Shown here: in pieces, positions 17,264 to 26,471 of the stretch
Layout: each line of letters starts with the position of its first letter
How positions within the stretch are numbered: the stretch's first letter is position 1
From: an uncultured Candidatus Saccharibacteria bacterium
Lineage (GTDB): Bacteria > Patescibacteriota > Minisyncoccia > Phycocordibacterales > CSBR16-119
Length of the DNA stretch: 64,000 bases
Assembly: GCA_964557535.1 (NCBI GenBank)
Contig: CAZLAD010000002.1
Coordinates: forward strand, 21,560-85,559
Direction of reading: 5' to 3'
The notes under the pieces: generated by a model
The model's input: only the letters and a program-made list of their open reading frames with translations
The model's database searches: none
What the model was told of the DNA's origin: nothing
Program-made: the position numbers and the translations under genes

Positions 17264-20200
17264 ATGTCCGCAAAATTCGTCCATCTTCATACACACTCGC
17301 ATTACTCCCTACTAGACGGAATGTCAAAAATCGGCGATTTGGTGGCCAAAGCCAAAGAATTCGGCATGACGGCCATGGCCCTAACCGATCACGGCGCCAT
17401 GTACGGCGCGATTGAGTTCTACAAAGAATGCAAAAAGGCTGGTATCAAACCAATCCTCGGCGTCGAAGCCTACATTGCCGAACGCACGCGTTTCGACAAA
17501 GAAGCCAACGTCGATTCGAAACGTTATCACCTGACGCTTCTCGCTAAAAACGCCGCCGGTTACAAAAATCTGATGAAGCTCGTCTCAGCATCTTTTATCG
17601 ATGGCTACTATTACAAGCCACGCATGGACGAGGAACTCTTGCGACAATATTCTGAGGGCGTCATCTGTCTATCGGGTTGCCCGGCTGGCGAACTCGCTCA
17701 CGCCATCCGTGCCAAAGACGACGAAAAAGCTCGCGCCATAATTAACAAATACCAAAGTATTTTCGGTAAAGAAAATTTCTTCTTGGAACTCATGAGTCAT
17801 CCAGAAGTTGAAAATTACGAAATCGTCCGTGACGGCATTAAAAAATATTCCAAGGAACTAAGTATTCCAATTGTCGGAACCTGGGACTCACATTATCTCC
17901 ACGAAGATGACTCGGCCGCACACAATACCCTTCTCGCTATCAACACGCACGGCGGCGAAATGAAAATGAGTGGCGACTATTCTTTCATTGATCCAGAAAA
18001 GGCATCAAAGTTTTTCGCTGAAATTCCTGAGGCTTTGGAAAACACCGTTAAGGTTGCCGACCTGATAAATATTGAACTCGAACTTGATACGTGGGTCTTT
18101 CCCAAATTCGAGCTCGACCCTGGTCTCGATGCCGATGCCCAAGTGCGAAGAAATGTTTACGCGGGGATTCCGACGCGTTATGGTGAGACGTCGAAGAAAA
18201 TCGAAGATCGTATCGAATACGAGCTCGCCATCATCAAGCAAAAAGGCTTCTCAATCTACTTCCTCATCGTCGCCGACCTTATCCGCTTTGCTCGTGAGAA
18301 TAAAATTTTGACAAACATCCGAGGTTCGGTGGCCGGCTCCATCTGCTCATACCTTCTCGGCATCACCACCGTCGATCCATTTCGCTTCCAACTTCCTTTC
18401 GAGCGATTTCTAAACCCTGAGCGTCCATCCGCGCCCGATATCGATATGGACTTTGCCGATAACCGCCGTGACGAGGTCATTGATTATGCGCGTCAAAAAT
18501 ACGGAGAAGCTGCCGTGGCACAGATTGGAACATTTGGTACCATGCTCGCTCGCGGATCTGTACGAGACGTCGCTCGTGCGCTTGGTTATGCTTATGGAGT
18601 CGGAGACAAAATTTCGAAATTGATTCCTTTAGGTAAACAAGGCTTCCCGATGACGATTGATCTCGCCCTAAGTATGGTTGAAGAATTGAAAAAAGCGTAC
18701 GACACCGACGCCGTCACCAAAGAAATCATCGACATGGCCAAGAAAATCGAAGGCTGCGCAAGACACATCAGCGTGCACGCGGCGGGTGTCGTTATCTCGC
18801 CAACTCGCGTCGACGACTATGCGCCAATCCAACTCGACCCTAAAGGTGGAAAGATCATCACTCAATACGACATGCACTCCGTCGAAGCCGCCGGACTTAT
18901 CAAATTCGACTTTTTGGGAATTAGAAATCTCGCCATTCTCGGAGGCGCCGTGGAGTTGGTCAAAAAAATCGAAGGTGTAGAAGTCGATATCGAAAATATC
19001 CCGATGGACGACAAGAAAACTTTCGAAATGCTCGCACGTGGCGAAACTATCGGACTTTTCCAACTAAACGGCTCCGGCATGACACGATATTTGAAAGAAC
19101 TTCGTCCAACGGTTATCGACGACATCAACGCCATGGTGGCGCTTTATCGTCCGGGACCGATGGAAATGATTCCCGAATATATCCGCCGCAAACAAAATCA
19201 TCACCTCATCAGATTTCTAGATCCTCGCATGTCGGACATTCTCGATTTGTCGTACGGAGTTATCACCTACCAAGACGACGTCATGATGATTGCCATCAAG
19301 CTCGCCGGATATTCTTGGCTCGAGGCCGACAAATTGCGCAAAGCCATGGGTAAAAAAATTCCCGAAGTTATGGCCGCTGAGAAAGACAAGCTGATGGCGG
19401 GACTTTTGAAAAATGGTATGACCAAACAAAAAGCCGACGAGCTTTGGGCGCTTATCGAGCCATTCGCCGCGTATGGATTTAACAAGGCTCACGCTGCTTC
19501 GTACGGTCGTGTGGCCTATCAGACGGCTTATATGAAAGCCCACTTCCCGGTTCCTTATATGACGGCTATTCTCACGGCCGAGTCGGGCGACATCGAAAAA
19601 GTCTCCGAAATCATTCACGAATGCGCTCGTATGGGTATCGACGTCTTGCCACCAGACGTGAACGAATGCTTCGGCGGATTCACCGTTATCAAAGACGATA
19701 CTGGTTCTGGTAAAGACAAGATTCGTTTTGGCTTCTACACGATCAAGAACTTAGGAACAGATATCGCCGACGCCATCATCGAAGAACGCAAAGTCCGCGG
19801 AAGATTTACAAGTCTCGAAAATTTTCTCGAACGTGTCACACATAAAAATGTAAACAAGAAATCTCTCGAAGCCCTCATCAAGTCCGGCGCCATGGATTCG
19901 TTCGGCGATCGCGGAGTCTTGGCTGGTAACATTGAAAATCTAACAGAATTCAACAAATCATTTTCAAAAGTCGACAAAGACCAAGTTAGTCTCTTTGGCG
20001 GATCTTTGGCTCCTAAATCAATCCTCCGGTTGGGCGATGTGCCTCCCGTCGACATGAAAACCAAACTCGCCTGGGAGAAAGAACTTCTGGGGCTTTATGT
20101 TTCCGGTCACCCACTCGATGGTATTCGCGAGAAAATTGAAAAAGTTGGTATCAACATAAACAAGATTAAACTAACTGGTCGGGAAGACCAACCAGTGACT

Positions 20201-20431
20201 CTGGCTTGTGTAGTTCAGTCAGTTCGAATAATCATCACCAAGAAAAATCAACAAATGGCTTTCGTCCAGCTCGAAGATCTAACCGGCACGATCGAAGCCG
20301 TGGCATTCCCAACAATTTACAAAAACTTCATGAACATGCTCATGGAAGACAAAATCCTGGCAATCAAAGGTAAAGTTTCAATCCGCGAAGGCGAAAAGAC
20401 GCTCGTTATAGACGAGGTCAAAGAAATTTGA
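17264..20431 (+). CDS. dnaE: DNA polymerase III alpha subunit
   Basis: PHP motif HLHTHSHYSLLDG, RGSVAGS, FERFLNPER..PDIDMDF, YGFNKAH. Confidence 0.98.
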   Translation: MSAKFVHLHTHSHYSLLDGMSKIGDLVAKAKEFGMTAMALTDHGAMYGAIEFYKECKKAGIKPILGVEAYIAERTRFDKEANVDSKRYHLTLLAKNAAGYKNLMKLVSASFIDGYYYKPRMDEELLRQYSEGVICLSGCPAGELAHAIRAKDDEKARAIINKYQSIFGKENFFLELMSHPEVENYEIVRDGIKKYSKELSIPIVGTWDSHYLHEDDSAAHNTLLAINTHGGEMKMSGDYSFIDPEKASKFFAEIPEALENTVKVADLINIELELDTWVFPKFELDPGLDADAQVRRNVYAGIPTRYGETSKKIEDRIEYELAIIKQKGFSIYFLIVADLIRFARENKILTNIRGSVAGSICSYLLGITTVDPFRFQLPFERFLNPERPSAPDIDMDFADNRRDEVIDYARQKYGEAAVAQIGTFGTMLARGSVRDVARALGYAYGVGDKISKLIPLGKQGFPMTIDLALSMVEELKKAYDTDAVTKEIIDMAKKIEGCARHISVHAAGVVISPTRVDDYAPIQLDPKGGKIITQYDMHSVEAAGLIKFDFLGIRNLAILGGAVELVKKIEGVEVDIENIPMDDKKTFEMLARGETIGLFQLNGSGMTRYLKELRPTVIDDINAMVALYRPGPMEMIPEYIRRKQNHHLIRFLDPRMSDILDLSYGVITYQDDVMMIAIKLAGYSWLEADKLRKAMGKKIPEVMAAEKDKLMAGLLKNGMTKQKADELWALIEPFAAYGFNKAHAASYGRVAYQTAYMKAHFPVPYMTAILTAESGDIEKVSEIIHECARMGIDVLPPDVNECFGGFTVIKDDTGSGKDKIRFGFYTIKNLGTDIADAIIEERKVRGRFTSLENFLERVTHKNVNKKSLEALIKSGAMDSFGDRGVLAGNIENLTEFNKSFSKVDKDQVSLFGGSLAPKSILRLGDVPPVDMKTKLAWEKELLGLYVSGHPLDGIREKIEKVGININKIKLTGREDQPVTLACVVQSVRIIITKKNQQMAFVQLEDLTGTIEAVAFPTIYKNFMNMLMEDKILAIKGKVSIREGEKTLVIDEVKEI

Positions 20432-20473
20432 CATTGGTCATATTGGTGATAGATTGAAGCAAAACCCGACGCC

Positions 20474-20845
20474 ATGCCCTTCCCACAGAACGAAGATGCT
20501 TTCTGGAACGATTACAGAAGCCCCTGGACCCAGGGCCAACACATGAGATCCACTGGATCAGGACAACCTTTGGACGAGCAGCAGGTGGATATCAACGCTT
20601 TACCTGTCCCGACACCAAATCCGGTCGCGTGGACGAATGTGCCCAATCTCCCTGATCGATTCATGAAAGTTCATTGCAAGGCCCGTCGCAGTGGACGAAG
20701 AACTTATCCTGGCAGACAACCTGTCGAGATGAAGATGACAAATGGTTCAATGGTCGTATATTTTTACGACCCGTGCGACAAGACTTTTCGAACCAAGAAA
20801 GGTCGAAACCGTACCAAGTTCATCACCAGTTGGAAACCAGCCTAG
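20474..20845 (+). CDS. Orphan protein (cassette class)
   Basis: TTGACA-16-TAGATT overlapping the dnaE stop, leader AAAACCCGACGCC-ATG, downstream GC-rich hairpin. Confidence 0.65.
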   Translation: MPFPQNEDAFWNDYRSPWTQGQHMRSTGSGQPLDEQQVDINALPVPTPNPVAWTNVPNLPDRFMKVHCKARRSGRRTYPGRQPVEMKMTNGSMVVYFYDPCDKTFRTKKGRNRTKFITSWKPA

Positions 20846-20963
20846 CACGCCACTCTTCACAAGCTCTACCCGCTCCGGCGGGGTTTGTCTTTTTAATTGA
20901 AAAATTTTGCAAACAAAAAGTCCCGGTGATTGCTCACACGGGACTTTTTGATTTACTTTTGAT

Positions 20964-21596
20964 TTAGGCTTGGGCAAGGACACGAGTGTCGACTTGCATG
21001 TTTCCAATATCGTTCATAACCTTTACAGCCTTACCATGATAATTTTTCGTAATACCAGGTGTCGCTGGGGGGTTATAGACTTCTAGGACCTCATCGAGAG
21101 ACTTACCTTTGTAAAGGTGAGAAGTTTTCTCGCCATTCCCAGACAAAGTCTTGGCAACAGCGTCGAAGGCTTCCTCGAAAGTGTTGAAGTGAATCTGGCA
21201 TGATCCGAAACCGAATGGGTTGTGGTTAACAATTCCGTTCTTGGTCTTGTCACACAAGTTCTTACCACCAGTAGTTTCAAGCATAGCCAAAGCCGGGAGC
21301 AATCTCCAATCGATACCGTACTTATCAGCAGCTTCGATCATACCTTTACCGTGTCCGGCAAGCGGGAGATCCCACTGAGCAAAGTAAGCATCGATCTTTT
21401 CGGCACGAGAGTCAACAATGACTTCCGGAGCCTTGAGGTCTTTGAAAATTTGAAGGTTCAAGCTGATTCCTTCTTTCGGGGCCTCCTCGATCTTGTTGTT
21501 AATAGCAAGACCTGGAGTAGCAATGTTCGAAAGAAGAAGCGGGAGAAGAATAAACGAGTTAAGTCTATTCTTGAAGTAATTGTTGATTTTGGTCAT
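20964..21596 (-). CDS. Secreted lysozyme-fold/glucosaminidase-like cell-wall hydrolase
   Basis: N-terminal hydrophobic segment; AADKYGIDWRLLPALAMLETTGG...HNPFGF...YNPP. Confidence 0.7.
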   Translation of the reverse strand: MTKINNYFKNRLNSFILLPLLLSNIATPGLAINNKIEEAPKEGISLNLQIFKDLKAPEVIVDSRAEKIDAYFAQWDLPLAGHGKGMIEAADKYGIDWRLLPALAMLETTGGKNLCDKTKNGIVNHNPFGFGSCQIHFNTFEEAFDAVAKTLSGNGEKTSHLYKGKSLDEVLEVYNPPATPGITKNYHGKAVKVMNDIGNMQVDTRVLAQA

Positions 21597-21715
21597 ATTT
21601 GACGGTTTCGCTCCGACAACACCATGAAGGTAAATCTCCGGCAACTGAACATTTGCGTTCTTCCCTTGGGAAATGGTTGCGGGAAATTAAAAAACCCCTT
21701 TCGGGATTTACGAAG
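21597..21715 (-). promoter_or_regulatory. Candidate structured 5' leader downstream of TTGACA-17-TAGTAT (21746-21718)
   Basis: Nested pairings GTAAAT/ATTTAC, TTCC/GGAG, GCAAC/GTTGC, TTCC/GGAA, GAAC/GTTC. Confidence 0.45.
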
Positions 21716-21854
21716 TAATACTAGCATGCCACCCCAAACTTGTCAAGCAATAAAAAGTTGACCTTGTCAAGCTCCAAAAAGCCTTATTTTATAACGCTTT
21801 TTGGCCTTTTTTAAGAATTGTCAGTCCGAGAATTTTGGATTCTAAAAATCGACT

Positions 21855-21950
21855 CCACCGCCAAAACTCGGCAAAAAGAGGGATCTAAAAGTTGACAAAT
21901 AAGATAAAAGATGCTATTGTCTAGTGGTAGTTTGAACCTTGTAACCACCC
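21855..21950 (+). repeat. Cassette promoter/leader repeat, copy 1
   Basis: CCAAAACTCGGCAAAAAGAGGGATCTAAAAGTTGACAAATA...ATGCTA...TTGAACCTT. Confidence 0.85.
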
Positions 21951-21979
21951 GTCCAAGCGAGAGCTCGGACACAAAACCA

Positions 21980-22567
21980 ATGGACATGCACACACCTATG
22001 CAACTTCGGAAGAATTCCGAGATCATCAACCAGCAAGCAAAACGGCTGGTGAAGTTCGTACTCGCCAACCCTGGTAACAGGAAAAAGGGGGGTAACAACT
22101 ACCTGGGTCAAGATGAATTGGAAGCAGTAGGCTTCAGTGGTATCAAATACCTGACAGCTGAAGAGAGGGTTGTGCTCGATCATGGATGGGTTTTCTACCC
22201 AAACCTACTGAAAGGCCATGGCTATGATAGGTATGGAAAAACCCTGGAAGGACTCTTCCGTAGTCGATCCAACAGCCAGAACTGGAACAGGAGTATTAAC
22301 ATCAAGTCGAAGGCTACAAAAGGCCAACGACTGCTTGAGATCTCCATACGCCTGATCGATCCCCATTACGAGAGAAACTACGTCCTCGTAAACGAGGCCG
22401 GCAAGATCGTTCCTTGCCAATTCGCCGCCATGCAATCCCACAACTGGGATGAAGATTCTGATGAAACCTTGGCCTTGATCAAGGAACCCGAACCAGCGGA
22501 TGTCTACGACTGGGATCAGGACGATGACCCAGATCGTGGCATGGAAGTCCGTGCTGATGAGTACTAG
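21980..22567 (+). CDS. Orphan protein, cassette 1, with acidic C-terminus
   Basis: ORF after the repeated promoter; terminator at ~22588-22617. Confidence 0.7.
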   Translation: MDMHTPMQLRKNSEIINQQAKRLVKFVLANPGNRKKGGNNYLGQDELEAVGFSGIKYLTAEERVVLDHGWVFYPNLLKGHGYDRYGKTLEGLFRSRSNSQNWNRSINIKSKATKGQRLLEISIRLIDPHYERNYVLVNEAGKIVPCQFAAMQSHNWDEDSDETLALIKEPEPADVYDWDQDDDPDRGMEVRADEY

Positions 22568-22612
22568 CAAGGACAGTCCCTGCCAAAAGAAGCGCCCCGA
22601 GCAATCGGGGCG

Positions 22613-22656
22613 TTCTTGTTTCTATTTCTTCACTTCCTTTATCGTCCAGCCTTCCA
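22613..22656 (-). pseudogene. Duplicated 3' end of secA
   Basis: Encodes ..VEGWTIKEVKK* versus true secA ..AEGWTIREVKK* at 23775-23810. Confidence 0.85.
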
Positions 22657-22750
22657 CCAAAACTCGGCAAAAAGAGGGATCTAAAAGTTGACAAATAGAC
22701 TAAACTATGCTAGTTTTTAGTCAGTAACTTTGAACCTTTACACTCACCTG
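22654..22750 (+). repeat. Cassette promoter/leader repeat, copy 2
   Basis: TTGACA(22688)-17-TAGTTT, then TTGAACCTTTACACTCACC. Confidence 0.85.
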
Positions 22751-22785
22751 CTCAGGAAAAAGCCTGGGACAAAACAACTGCACTC

Positions 22786-23112
22786 ATGCGCTACAAAATT
22801 CTCCTTGCCACGATTCGAAAAGCCGGCGAAAAATCGAGGGTAATAGCCTTCGTCACGGAACGCCACAAGACCGAAGAAGTCATCAAGCAAAAACTTTGGA
22901 AGAAGGGATTCAACGTCCTGAAACTCCAACAATTAGTAGTCGACCCGAACGATGATCTCATGATCAAGGCTCTGGACTATCTGGAAACGCAGTTGCTGCC
23001 CAGTCGAGGATTGGAGGCCGAAAGACACTTCAATCTGATCATCAGTGCGATTGCAGGACAAAGCGCCAAGATTGGCGCGCAATACGTCCAGGAGTCCCTG
23101 GAACAGTCCTGA
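22786..23112 (+). CDS. Orphan protein, cassette 2
   Basis: ORF between the repeated promoter and the repeated terminator. Confidence 0.7.
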   Translation: MRYKILLATIRKAGEKSRVIAFVTERHKTEEVIKQKLWKKGFNVLKLQQLVVDPNDDLMIKALDYLETQLLPSRGLEAERHFNLIISAIAGQSAKIGAQYVQESLEQS

Positions 23113-23132
23113 TAAAGAACAGGACAAAGTCT

Positions 23133-23158
23133 GAAGCCCCGGCGCACGCCGGGGCTTC
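23133..23158 (+). terminator. Terminator, identical to 23734-23759
   Basis: GAAGCCCCGGCGCACGCCGGGGCTTC. Confidence 0.85.
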
Positions 23159-23179
23159 TCCATTTTTATATTTTAAAAA

Positions 23180-23241
23180 TTTGACAAATAGACTAAATTA
23201 TGCTAGTTTTTAGTGGTAACTCTGAACCTTTACACTCACCC
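23180..23241 (+). repeat. Cassette promoter/leader repeat, copy 3
   Basis: TTGACAAATAGACTAAATTATGCTAGTTTTTAGT...TGAACCTTTACACTCACC. Confidence 0.85.
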
Positions 23242-23277
23242 GTTCTGGCAAAAGCCAGAACACAACAATCCAAACCC

Positions 23278-23712
23278 ATGGCAAGCATCGCTTTCGGTAA
23301 TGTAACGGTCTACCTGACCAAAGAAGAATTGCTGGAGCGCCTGTTCCCCAACCTCCCCGCAGAACTCAAGCGGACAGCAGAGGTCGTTCAGAATCAGGGG
23401 AAAGACGCCGCCCTCGAGTTCGAATTCCAGATCTACGGTGAGACGGAAAAAGGCGAACTGGAAGAGCTCAAGAAAGAGGTCGAAAGACTTCGCCTTGGTA
23501 CAACAAAGACCCAAGGCCCGGCCCAGCAAAAGATCGTCGATCAGGACATCACGGTACGAGCACTGAACGCCGCCAAACGTCACAATTTGGAAACGTTGGC
23601 GGACATTGCCTCCTTCACCAGCGACAAGTTCCTCGGCCTGGTTGGCAGGAAAAACTGGACCGAATTGGGAGACTTACTGGAAGCGAAAGGTCTCAAGTTC
23701 AAGGAGGAGTAG
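23278..23712 (+). CDS. Protein with C-terminal RNA polymerase alpha-CTD-like domain, cassette 3
   Basis: KIVDQDITVRALN...LETLADI.SF...GRKNWTELGDLLEAKGLKF. Confidence 0.8.
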   Translation: MASIAFGNVTVYLTKEELLERLFPNLPAELKRTAEVVQNQGKDAALEFEFQIYGETEKGELEELKKEVERLRLGTTKTQGPAQQKIVDQDITVRALNAAKRHNLETLADIASFTSDKFLGLVGRKNWTELGDLLEAKGLKFKEE

Positions 23713-23733
23713 TCCGCAAGCACGACAAAGTTT

Positions 23734-23759
23734 GAAGCCCCGGCGCACGCCGGGGCTTC
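23734..23759. terminator. Terminator between cassette 3 and secA
   Basis: GAAGCCCCGGCGCACGCCGGGGCTTC. Confidence 0.85.
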
Positions 23760-23774
23760 TTTCATTCTTGGTTG

Positions 23775-26312
23775 TTATTTTTTGACTTCCCTTATCGTCC
23801 AGCCTTCGGCGAGCAATTGCTCGGCTTTTTTGTATTTTAATTCTTGAGTTTCGCTTCCCTTTTGGATGATGACGATGTCGTTTCGACCGATTTTATCTTC
23901 TTCTGATTTCTTGACCGTGCCTCCGACATCTCCTTTGTTGTCGCTTCCTCCACCCGACGTAATGTATTCTTTTTTCTTTTCTACAACTTCAGCTTGTGGT
24001 GGGGCTTGTTTGATCGTTTCGATGAGCGACAAGACTTGTTCGCGGAACATTGCTTCCATCTGAGTAAATCTCGTGAGGCCCTCCTTTTTATACTCGACAA
24101 GCGGTTCACGCTGACCATATGCGCGCAAGTTTACCGATGAACGCACATAATCCATCGTTTCGAGGTGTTCCACCCAGAGCAAGTCAGTCACATGGAGAAT
24201 TATTCGACGAACCGTATCCCAAAATGGCGCCTCGCCGACTTCTTTTATCCTATCGGCAATGATTTGCTCAAGCTTCGTCTTGTCATCGGTCAAAGACATG
24301 GTGAATTCTTGGACCTCCGGAGTTTCGGCAAAAAGCATCTTTCTTCGTCGTTCATAAATAGCGAATCTTTGAGTATTGAGAACGTTGTCGTATTCGAGCG
24401 TGTGTTTACGCGAGTCGAAATGGAAGCCTTCGATTTTCTTCTGAGCGGTTTCAATAGCATTTGAGACAAATTTGTTCTGTATCGGCTCGTCTTCGGGAAT
24501 GCCGAATCGACCCATCATGTTTTTGAGTCTGTCACCACCGAAAATACGCATAAGATCGTCCTCGAGTGAGACATAAAACTGAGTTTCGCCCGGATCACCC
24601 TGACGGCCCGATCGTCCTCGAAGCTGATTGTCGATACGACGAGACTCGTGCCGTTCGGTTCCAAGGACAAAAAGTCCGCCAAGATTTTTGATCTCTTCGG
24701 AAAGTTCTTTGGTCGAAGGATCACCGCCGAGCTTGATGTCGATTCCACGACCGGCCATGTTGGTCGCAATAGTAACTGAACCTTTTCGTCCCGCCTGAGC
24801 AACTATCTCACCCTCTGATTCGTGTCGTTTAGCATTTAGAATCGTGTGAGACACGCCCTCTTTCTGGAGATACTCGGAAAGCATTTCACTTCGCTCAACT
24901 GAAATAGTACCGACGAGGATCGGCTGACCCGAAGCATTTACTTCTTTGATTTTCTTGGCAATGGCTTTGAACTTACCAGCTTCTGTCTGAAAAATTAAAT
25001 CAGATTCGTCACGACGCACTACGGGCTGGTTCGTTGGGATAGTCATAACGTCGAGTCCATAGACAGTATAGAATTCTTCGGACGAAGTTTTGGCCGTACC
25101 GGTCATACCCGAAAGCTTCTTGTAGAACTTGAAGTAGTTTTGGAAAGTAATCGAAGCGACTGTCTTCGTCTCTTGTTTGATTTCGACGGCTTCTTTGGCT
25201 TCAATCGCCTGATGAAGACCCTGATTGAAACGTCGGCCTGGCATCATGCGTCCAGTTGACTGATCAATGATTATAATTTCTCCGTTGTGAACAACATATT
25301 CTTTGTCTTTTCTAAACAACGCATCTGCACGAATAGCGGTTTCTAAATGGTGGACATATTTGATGCCCTGTTCGGTATAGATATTTTCAATTCCCAGTAA
25401 CTTCTCGGCCAAAGTAATTCCTTCGTCGTTCAATGTAATGGCGCGAAGCTTTTCATCCACACCATAATGCTCAATAGGTTTTAATTGTTTGGCAATGCCA
25501 GCAAATTTAACATACAGTTCGCCTGAATCTTCGGCTGGAGCGGAGATGATGAGCGGTGTTCGAGCTTCGTCGATGAGAATCGAGTCAATTTCGTCAACGA
25601 CAGCATAAAAGTGTCCGCGCTGAACGATACCGTATTTGGATTGGGTCAGGTTGTCACGCAAATAATCAAAACCAAATTCATTGTTCGTACCATAAGTAAT
25701 GTCCGCATCGTAGGCTTCTTTCCTGCTACAAGGCTTTAGAAAATCATAGACGACCTTGAAAGACCCGACTTCGTCACGAAGCTTGTCTTTGTCTGGTCCT
25801 GCGGTTCTATCATATAGATAAGAAACGTTCTGAGAATTTACGACACCAACACTAAGTCCAAGCGCGTCGTAGATTTCCCCCATCCAAGTAGCGTCACGAC
25901 GAGCCAAGAAATCGTTCACCGTAACCAAGTGTGCGCCCTTGCCAGCCAGGGCGTTTAGATACATAGCAAGTGTTGCGACGAGAGTTTTACCCTCGCCTGT
26001 TTTCATCTCGGCAATTCGGCCCTTGTGGAGAGCGTATCCTCCGATGATCTGAACATCGTAGTGTCTTTGTCCGCGGGTACGTTTCGAGGCCTCACGGACG
26101 AGAGCAAATGCTTCTGGCAGGACATCGTCCAGACTTTCGCCTTTTGTCAGGCGGTCTTTTAATTCGAGGGTATATTTGGGCAAGTCTTCTATAGGAACGT
26201 TCAAAAACTTCTCTTCTAGAGAATTGACCTTGGCGACGATGGCTTCGACCTCTTTCAAAAATGACGTATTTTCATCCCCGAAAAGACTTTTTAGACTATT
26301 TAAAATAGACAT
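23775..26312 (-). CDS. secA: Preprotein translocase subunit SecA
   Basis: MKTGEGKT, DEIDSILIDEARTPLIIS, TNMAGRG, QLRGRSGRQGDPG. Confidence 0.98.
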   Translation of the reverse strand: MSILNSLKSLFGDENTSFLKEVEAIVAKVNSLEEKFLNVPIEDLPKYTLELKDRLTKGESLDDVLPEAFALVREASKRTRGQRHYDVQIIGGYALHKGRIAEMKTGEGKTLVATLAMYLNALAGKGAHLVTVNDFLARRDATWMGEIYDALGLSVGVVNSQNVSYLYDRTAGPDKDKLRDEVGSFKVVYDFLKPCSRKEAYDADITYGTNNEFGFDYLRDNLTQSKYGIVQRGHFYAVVDEIDSILIDEARTPLIISAPAEDSGELYVKFAGIAKQLKPIEHYGVDEKLRAITLNDEGITLAEKLLGIENIYTEQGIKYVHHLETAIRADALFRKDKEYVVHNGEIIIIDQSTGRMMPGRRFNQGLHQAIEAKEAVEIKQETKTVASITFQNYFKFYKKLSGMTGTAKTSSEEFYTVYGLDVMTIPTNQPVVRRDESDLIFQTEAGKFKAIAKKIKEVNASGQPILVGTISVERSEMLSEYLQKEGVSHTILNAKRHESEGEIVAQAGRKGSVTIATNMAGRGIDIKLGGDPSTKELSEEIKNLGGLFVLGTERHESRRIDNQLRGRSGRQGDPGETQFYVSLEDDLMRIFGGDRLKNMMGRFGIPEDEPIQNKFVSNAIETAQKKIEGFHFDSRKHTLEYDNVLNTQRFAIYERRRKMLFAETPEVQEFTMSLTDDKTKLEQIIADRIKEVGEAPFWDTVRRIILHVTDLLWVEHLETMDYVRSSVNLRAYGQREPLVEYKKEGLTRFTQMEAMFREQVLSLIETIKQAPPQAEVVEKKKEYITSGGGSDNKGDVGGTVKKSEEDKIGRNDIVIIQKGSETQELKYKKAEQLLAEGWTIREVKK

Positions 26313-26332
26313 GTCCTAAAGATTATCATAAA

Positions 26333-26363
26333 AACGAAAATCCCGCGAGGCGGGATTTTCGTT
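26333..26363 (-). terminator. Terminator
   Basis: AACGAAAATCCC...GGGATTTTCGTT. Confidence 0.65.
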
Positions 26364-26378
26364 ACAAGGCAAATGAAA

Positions 26379-26471
26379 TTATCGTCGTCGTTTTGCTGCT
26401 TTCTTCTTTGCGACTTTCTTCTTTGCTTTCTTTGCAGTCTTCTTTGCTGCTTTTCTTTTTTTAGCTGCCAT
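26379..26471 (-). CDS. 30-aa Lys/Ala/Arg-rich histone-H1/protamine-like peptide (not in the ORF track)
   Basis: MAAKKRKAAKKTAKKAKKKVAKKKAAKRRR*, followed by a terminator. Confidence 0.75.
   Translation of the reverse strand: MAAKKRKAAKKTAKKAKKKVAKKKAAKRRR

Noticed and set aside
21855-23760. CRISPR array
   Set aside because: The repeats are promoter and terminator blocks separated by whole genes; there is no regular repeat-spacer period and no cas genes.
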